From an uncultured Gemmataceae bacterium (GTDB lineage: Bacteria > Planctomycetota > Planctomycetia > Gemmatales > Gemmataceae): a stretch of 64,000 nucleotides of DNA. The notes below the pieces were generated by a model, which was not told the DNA's origin, did no database searches, and saw nothing but the letters and a program-made list of their open reading frames with translations. Position numbers and translations under genes: made by a program. Of the stretch, positions 58,814 through 64,000 are shown in pieces; the first letter of the stretch is position 1; the number at the start of each line of letters is the position of its first letter. The stretch is taken from assembly GCA_963750165.1 (NCBI GenBank), contig CAVVPN010000004.1, forward strand, positions 448,001 to 512,000, given 5' to 3'.

Positions 58814-59425
58814 GTGGTGGTCGTGGTCACGGAGCCGTTGGACGCGATTGCCCGTCTGGTCCAGGAATTGACGCGGCTGCCCGGCATCGGGCCCAAGACG
58901 GCGGAGCGGTTGACGCACCATCTGCTGCTCGCCGAGCGCCAGCAGGTGCTGGACCTGGCGGACGCCCTGCGCGGCATCAAGGATCACGTCCACGCCTGCA
59001 AGGAGTGCCACAATCTCACGGAACAGGAACTGTGTAACCTGTGCCGGGACGAACGCCGCGACCGTGGTCTGCTGTGTGTTGTCGAACAGGCACGGGACTT
59101 GACAGCCCTGGAGCGCACGGGTACATACCGCGGCCTCTACCACGTGCTCGGCGGCCGGCTGGCGCCGCTGGAGAACATCGGCCCGGAGCAATTGACCATC
59201 GATTCGCTGCTGCGGCGCGTGCAAAAGGGACAGGTACGCGAGATCATCATGGCGACCAACCCAACACTCGAAGGCGACGGCACGGCGCTGTATCTGTCAA
59301 ACGTGCTGGCGGGAACGGGTGTGAAGATCACGCGATTGGCACGAGGTTTGCCCTCCGGGTCGGTACTTGAGTTCGCCAACAGTCAGATGCTCGCCGATGC
59401 GTTGGAAGGGCGGCGGACGTTTTAA
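58814..59425 (+). CDS. recR: Recombination mediator RecR (exact GTG start uncertain)
   Basis: LPGIGPKTAERL, C4 zinc finger, CVVE, YHVLGG, ATNPTLEGDGTA. Confidence 0.96.
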   Translation: MVVVVTEPLDAIARLVQELTRLPGIGPKTAERLTHHLLLAERQQVLDLADALRGIKDHVHACKECHNLTEQELCNLCRDERRDRGLLCVVEQARDLTALERTGTYRGLYHVLGGRLAPLENIGPEQLTIDSLLRRVQKGQVREIIMATNPTLEGDGTALYLSNVLAGTGVKITRLARGLPSGSVLEFANSQMLADALEGRRTF

Positions 59426-59426
59426 C

Positions 59427-59483
59427 GTGGGGCAGGCTTTCCAGCCTGCCATGCGAGAGGGCAGGCTGGAAAGCCTGCCCCAC
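59427..59483. repeat. GTGG-type REP doublet
   Basis: GTGGGGCAGGCTTTCCAGCCTGCC...GGCAGGCTGGAAAGCCTGCCCCAC. Confidence 0.85.
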
Positions 59484-59528
59484 AGGAAGACAGAAATGGC
59501 CTTCATCCTAACTGGGAGTGCTTGAACC

Positions 59529-61049
59529 ATGGGACCGGGCATGGGCATGGGGATGCAGATGCGGCCGGAGCAGCGCCAGATGATGATTCTGGCCCCCCGC
59601 ATGATCCAGTCGATGGAGATTTTGCAACTCCCCATCATGGCGCTGCAAGAGCGCATTCAGCAGGAACTCCAGGAGAACCCCGTGCTGGAGCTGAAGGAGA
59701 CGCCGGTCGAGGATGCGCCCAACGGCGAGTTCGACGACTTCTCCGCCGACGCGGTGGCGCCGGATCGCAAGGACGTGGCCGACCCGCGCAGCGAACTGGT
59801 CATCGACGGCCAGAACGGCAACCAGGAAGACTTTGACCGGCTCGACCGCCTGCTGGAGATCAACAAGGACTGGGCGGATCACTTCAACGAGGAGCGCCGG
59901 CCGAGCAGCAACCGCATCGACGAGGAAGGCGACAAGAAGCACGACTTTGAGCAAAACATGGCCTCACGGCCCCAGTCGCTGCACGACTACCTCGGCGAAC
60001 AGCTCGCCTACCTGGACGCGACGCCGCGGCAGATGGAGCTGGCGCGGTTCCTGCTGACGCACCTGGACGAGAACGGCTACCTGTCCACGCCGCTGGAAGA
60101 GGTGGCCCTCGGCTGGTCCGAGCCGTTGACGACGGCGGACCTGGAGGACGCGCTGCACCTGATTCAGAAGCTGGACCCGCCCGGCGTCGGCGCCCGCAAG
60201 CTGGAGGAGTGCCTGCTGCTGCAGCTGACGCCGGAGACGCCGTTCCGCGACGTGCTCCGCACCCTCGTCGAGCACCACCTCGACGACATTCGCTACAATC
60301 GGCTGCCGATCATCCAGAAGCGCACCGGCTTCGACCTGGACCTGATCCAGGAGGCGATCGCGGCGCTGAAGCGGCTCAACCCGCGGCCGGGCGCACAGTT
60401 CCTGTCCAACAGCACGCAATACGTGGTGCCGGACATCCTCGTCGAGCAGGACGAGCACGGCGAGTACAAGGTCAAGCTGATGGACGACTGGACGCCGAAC
60501 ATTTACATCAGCAAGCGCTACATCGAACTGTACCGCGACAAGGCGGCCGACCCCAAGGCGAAGGAATATTTGAAGCGGAAGATTCAGGCGGCGCAGTGGC
60601 TGATGGAGTCCATCGAGCAGCGGCGGAGCACGCTGGAGAAGGTGACCCGGGCGATTATCCAGCACCAGCGGGCGTTCCTGGACAACGGGCCGGAGCACAT
60701 CGAGCCGCTGAAAATGCAGCAGATCGCCGACCAGGTGAAGGTCCATGTGACGACGGTGAGCCGGGCGGTGGACGACAAGTGGGTGCAGACGCCGCGCGGC
60801 GTCTTCCCGCTGAAGCGTTTCTTCGGCGGCGGCAAGATGACGGCCAGTGGCGAGGTCGCATGGGAGACGATCAAGCAGAAATTGCTGGAGATCATCGGCA
60901 ACGAGGACAAGTCGGAGCCGCTGTCCGACGAGGACCTGGTGAACAAGCTGATGGAGTCCGGCTTCCCGGTGGCGCGGCGGACGGTGACGAAGTATCGCAA
61001 GATGCTCAAGATTCCGTCGTCGCGGCAGCGGAAGGTGTGGACGAAGTAG
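59529..61049 (+). CDS. rpoN: RNA polymerase sigma-54 factor
   Basis: QSMEILQL..ELQENPVLE, DPPGVGAR.LEECL, VHVTTVSRA, RpoN box ARRTVTKYR. Confidence 0.97.
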   Translation: MGPGMGMGMQMRPEQRQMMILAPRMIQSMEILQLPIMALQERIQQELQENPVLELKETPVEDAPNGEFDDFSADAVAPDRKDVADPRSELVIDGQNGNQEDFDRLDRLLEINKDWADHFNEERRPSSNRIDEEGDKKHDFEQNMASRPQSLHDYLGEQLAYLDATPRQMELARFLLTHLDENGYLSTPLEEVALGWSEPLTTADLEDALHLIQKLDPPGVGARKLEECLLLQLTPETPFRDVLRTLVEHHLDDIRYNRLPIIQKRTGFDLDLIQEAIAALKRLNPRPGAQFLSNSTQYVVPDILVEQDEHGEYKVKLMDDWTPNIYISKRYIELYRDKAADPKAKEYLKRKIQAAQWLMESIEQRRSTLEKVTRAIIQHQRAFLDNGPEHIEPLKMQQIADQVKVHVTTVSRAVDDKWVQTPRGVFPLKRFFGGGKMTASGEVAWETIKQKLLEIIGNEDKSEPLSDEDLVNKLMESGFPVARRTVTKYRKMLKIPSSRQRKVWTK

Positions 61050-61117
61050 GTTGGAAGTTGGGCGCAGAATCTGTTGAGGCTGCGCCCTATCTTTTTCCCG
61101 GATGATGGGGCAAAAGC

Positions 61118-61408
61118 ATGGTTGTTGAGATCGTATTCCGGAACCGGAATGGGATCTATGACAACCCCCAACCACCTATCCAAGATGGTGCCCCAATAAT
61201 CCTGGTGCAAAGAGGGGTAGCTCTCGTTGGGCAATGGTGTGCTGAGGTTGGGGGATTCATCCACCCGAGCAACCAACGCGAACTTGAGAAAGAAGCCTTG
61301 CGTGCGATCCTGACCGCGTACCCCGAAGTGGATCTCACTGCCAATGAGATTCAAACCTTCACCTGTCCTGACTCGATTTCCGGTCGGTTCAACTGGAACT
61401 GGGATTGA
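61118..61408 (+). CDS. Hypothetical protein (96 aa), lower GC, upstream of vapD
   Basis: ATG-start ORF with atypical codon usage, ending 17 nt before vapD. Confidence 0.55.
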   Translation: MVVEIVFRNRNGIYDNPQPPIQDGAPIILVQRGVALVGQWCAEVGGFIHPSNQRELEKEALRAILTAYPEVDLTANEIQTFTCPDSISGRFNWNWD

Positions 61409-61425
61409 AACAGGAGTCTACCTCC

Positions 61426-61803
61426 ATGACAGTCGCGGCCATACCGGCACCACAGTCCCAGATCCGCCAGGGATTGCCCGCTGACGTTCGGAGGGCCGGC
61501 CGCGTGTACGCCATCGCGTTCGACATGGACATTGACGCGCTCCGCACCAACTACGGCGACCCGTACAACAACGCCTATCTCGAAATCCGCCGCGTTCTGC
61601 AGCGGCACGGTTTCGCCTGGCAGCAGGGCAGTGTTTACTTCGGCGGTGAGGCCGTGACGGCGGTTACCTGCGTGCTGGCCGCCCAGGATCTCGCCCGGTC
61701 GCTGCCGTGGTTCGCGGCGTCGGTGCGGGACATTCGCATGCTGCGGATCGAAGAATTGAATGATCTGATGCCGGCCGTGCAGCAGGTCAGCGGGCAGCCC
61801 TGA
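61426..61803 (+). CDS. vapD: Virulence-associated protein D (Cas2-like nuclease)
   Basis: YAIAFDMD, YNNAY.EIR..L...GF..QQGSVYFG, WFAASVRDIRMLRIEE.NDL; AGGAG RBS. Confidence 0.88.
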   Translation: MTVAAIPAPQSQIRQGLPADVRRAGRVYAIAFDMDIDALRTNYGDPYNNAYLEIRRVLQRHGFAWQQGSVYFGGEAVTAVTCVLAAQDLARSLPWFAASVRDIRMLRIEELNDLMPAVQQVSGQP

Positions 61804-61812
61804 ATACTATTG

Positions 61813-61898
61813 AGCGGTCGGCCCCCGCTAACCCGTTTACGTTTCGCGCGGATTGAAAGTCACGCGAAACGTAAACGGGTCAGCGGGGGCCGGCCGCT
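61813..61898. repeat. Long inverted repeat between convergent genes
   Basis: AGCGGTCGGCCCCCGCTAACCCGTTTACGTTTCGCG / CGCGAAACGTAAACGGGTCAGCGGGGGCCGGCCGCT. Confidence 0.8.
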
Positions 61899-61908
61899 TG
61901 AATCAACC

Positions 61909-62910
61909 TCACTTCTTCTCCACCACCCAGATGTTGCGGTAGTACACCGGGTTGCCGTGGTTCTGCAACTGGATCGGCCCCGGCGTGTTCGCCTCCTTCT
62001 GGCCGCCGGCCGTCGGCCCTTGCAACTCGAAGTCCTTGTGGATCACCCCACCGTTGTGCAGCACCGTCACCCTGGCCCGCTGTGCCCGCTTGCCGTCGCT
62101 GTCGAAGCTCGCCGCGGTGAAGTCGATGTCATACGTCTGCCACTGCAACGGCGGCAGGCACATGTTCACCATCGGCCCCGCCTGCTGGTAGAAGCCGCCG
62201 CACTCATTGTTCGCGCCGCGCAGGCCGAAGCTGTCCAGCACCTGCAATTCGTAGCGGTCCTGCAGATACACGCCGCTGTTGCCGCGGTCCTGGCCGCGGG
62301 CGTACGGCATGAACGGCGTGCGGAACTCCAGGTGCATCCGGAAGCTCCTGAACTTCTTCTTGCTGACAATGTTGCCCGGCGCCAGCGGACTGAGCAGGTT
62401 GCCCTCCACCACCTTGCCGCGCAGCCACTCGTCCGCGTTTTTGCCGTCGAACAGCACCACGGCATCCTGCGGCGGCTTCTGGCCCAGCGTCGGACTCTTG
62501 CGCTCGGTGCGGTTCAGGTCGAATTCCGTCGTGCCGCCGCCGCCGGTCAGCCGGCCGTTCGCGATCTTGCCCGTGAACCCCTTGCCCTTGACCACCACCT
62601 GGGCGCCGTCCGTGCTCGCCTGGCCGCCGAAGCGGTGGGTGCCGTCCCAGCCGGCGCCCGGCAAACCGCCCTGGAAAATCACCACGTCGAATTTGCCGCC
62701 GCCCAGCGCCACCACCTGGGCGCCGCACTTCTCCACCACATCCTTGATCTTGAGCTTGCCCGTGTACTCGCCCTGGATGCGGTAGTCCGGCCCTGCCTTG
62801 GCCGGGTCGGTGAACGTCCGACTCTCTTGCTTCGGCTGCTTCTGGCCGCCCTCCGAGGACAGCCCCGCCAGCGCCAGCACCGCCGCTGTTCCCAGTAACC
62901 ATCGGCTCAT
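61909..62910 (-). CDS. DUF1080 (3-keto-disaccharide hydrolase-like) exported protein
   Basis: Signal peptide, AVVLFDG, LEFRTP, RGNSGVY, YELQVLDS, WQTYDI, LQNHGNPVYYRNIW; AGGGAGG RBS. Confidence 0.9.
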   Translation of the reverse strand: MSRWLLGTAAVLALAGLSSEGGQKQPKQESRTFTDPAKAGPDYRIQGEYTGKLKIKDVVEKCGAQVVALGGGKFDVVIFQGGLPGAGWDGTHRFGGQASTDGAQVVVKGKGFTGKIANGRLTGGGGTTEFDLNRTERKSPTLGQKPPQDAVVLFDGKNADEWLRGKVVEGNLLSPLAPGNIVSKKKFRSFRMHLEFRTPFMPYARGQDRGNSGVYLQDRYELQVLDSFGLRGANNECGGFYQQAGPMVNMCLPPLQWQTYDIDFTAASFDSDGKRAQRARVTVLHNGGVIHKDFELQGPTAGGQKEANTPGPIQLQNHGNPVYYRNIWVVEKK

Positions 62911-63039
62911 GATGCGCCTCCCTTGATGTTTCGGCCGGGCCGCCTCTTGACGACGCCGACTCTGTCCGTCATTCTCATATTGTCCCCGACTGGGCCTACC
63001 TAACATCCTACCAACGCTCCGCCCCGTGAGGAACCTGCC

Positions 63040-64000
63040 TTGAACCGCTGCCGTATCGCACTGTTGAGCCTGTTGTTCGTGCCCCTGCTGCCGGCCGTCG
63101 CCACCGCTGAGGACTGGCCCGGCTGGCGCGGCCCCCGTCTCGACGGCACCTCCGCCGAGAAAAATCTGCCGCTGCGCTGGAGCGCCACCGAGAACGTCGC
63201 CTGGAAAACGCCACTGCCCGGCGTCGGCCACTCCTCGCCCGCCATTCAGGGCGACCGCGTCTTTATCACCACCTGCATCCTCGACAAGCTGCAGCGCGTG
63301 CTGCTCTGCCTCGACCGCCGCGACGGCAAAATCCTCTGGCAGCGCGTCGTCGTCACGGCGCCGCTGGAGCGCAAACACAAGCTCAACAGCTTCGCCAGTT
63401 CGACGCCGGCCGCCGACGGCAGGCACGTCTACGTCACCTTCCTGAACAAGACGGACGCGGTCGTCGCCTGTTACGACTACAACGGCGACCTGGTGTGGAG
63501 CAAATCGCCCGGCCAGTTTTTCTCGCCGCACGGCTTCTGCAGCTCGCCGATTCTTTACAAGGACAAGGTGATCGTTAATCTCGACCAGGATCCGATGCCG
63601 GGCAAGAAGAAGCAGAACGAGGTTGGCTACATCGTGGCGCTGGACCGCGCGACCGGCGCGGAACGCTGGCGCATCGACCGGCCGCACCGCACGCGCTCGT
63701 ACTGCGCCCCGCTGATCGTCGCGGCGGCCGGGCGGAGGCAGCTGGTGCTGTCGGGCAGCAAGTGCTTCGCCAGCTACGACCCGGACACGGGCAAACTGCT
63801 CTGGATCATGGACGGGCCGACGGAGCAGTTCGTCGCATCGCCGGTCTACGGCAACGGCCTGATCTTCCTGACGGCCGGCTTTCCGACCTTCCACAACCTG
63901 GCGGTGCGGCCGGACGGCAGCGGCAACATCACGAAGACGCACGTCGCCTGGCACGAGAGCAAGGTGCGCAAGGAGTGGGCGTCGTATGTGCCGTCGCCGA
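63040..64000 (+). CDS. PQQ-binding-like beta-propeller protein (BamB-like), runs off right edge
   Basis: Manual translation MNRCRIALLSLL...AEDWPGWRGP..DG...LRWS..ENVAWK..LPG.GHSSP; GAGGA RBS, TTG start. Confidence 0.88.
   Translation, partial: MNRCRIALLSLLFVPLLPAVATAEDWPGWRGPRLDGTSAEKNLPLRWSATENVAWKTPLPGVGHSSPAIQGDRVFITTCILDKLQRVLLCLDRRDGKILWQRVVVTAPLERKHKLNSFASSTPAADGRHVYVTFLNKTDAVVACYDYNGDLVWSKSPGQFFSPHGFCSSPILYKDKVIVNLDQDPMPGKKKQNEVGYIVALDRATGAERWRIDRPHRTRSYCAPLIVAAAGRRQLVLSGSKCFASYDPDTGKLLWIMDGPTEQFVASPVYGNGLIFLTAGFPTFHNLAVRPDGSGNITKTHVAWHESKVRKEWASYVPSP

Noticed and set aside
61426..61803. cas2 gene
   Set aside because: Motifs fit VapD; no cas1 or array nearby
62911..63954. N-terminal extension of the 681-aa minus ORF
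   Set aside because: Antisense to the PQQ-propeller gene; DUF1080 has its own RBS and signal peptide at 62910

Overview
GC-rich bacterial chromosomal segment, most likely Planctomycetota (Gemmataceae-like). This is inferred from an ECF sigma/Ser-Thr kinase pair, a LEARSLL-type export signal, DUF1080 and PQQ-propeller genes, and many palindromic intergenic repeats. Left (1-13 kb): a minus-strand sugar/glycogen operon (USP, tkt scar, tal, phosphoketolase, two histidine phosphatases, gnd, possible zwf scar, pgl, GH13, DUF2090, DUF1269, HdeD, glgP) behind a perfect sigma-54 promoter. Middle: ECF-kinase and FHA-kinase genes, an NtrC-type activator, TrmJ/TrmH, an Aas-like enzyme, a GAF-HlyD / HlyD-WD40 / RRE-M50-HlyD operon, a DapA-family gene, ftsH, twin sulfotransferases, a 4x112-bp BIME-like array, a probably inactive trypsin-like protein, dksA, htrA, surE and uvrC. 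Right: TIGR03118 plus an ECF sigma, two CCA-less tRNAs (Asn, Gln), a plasmid-type RepA with iteron-like repeats, two cyclophilins, ffs-dnaX-ybaB-recR-rpoN, vapD, DUF1080 and a PQQ-propeller gene. Best novel candidates: (1) an Asn/Gln-codon leader peptide and attenuator directly upstream of tRNA-Asn and tRNA-Gln; (2) an iteron-type replicon sitting among housekeeping genes; (3) a tandem pair of putative sRNAs sharing a promoter motif, a C-rich loop and a terminator; (4) deletion scars of tkt and probably zwf. At least six genes carry 1-2 nt frameshifts that look like long-read errors. All family calls come from motif recognition, not database searches.
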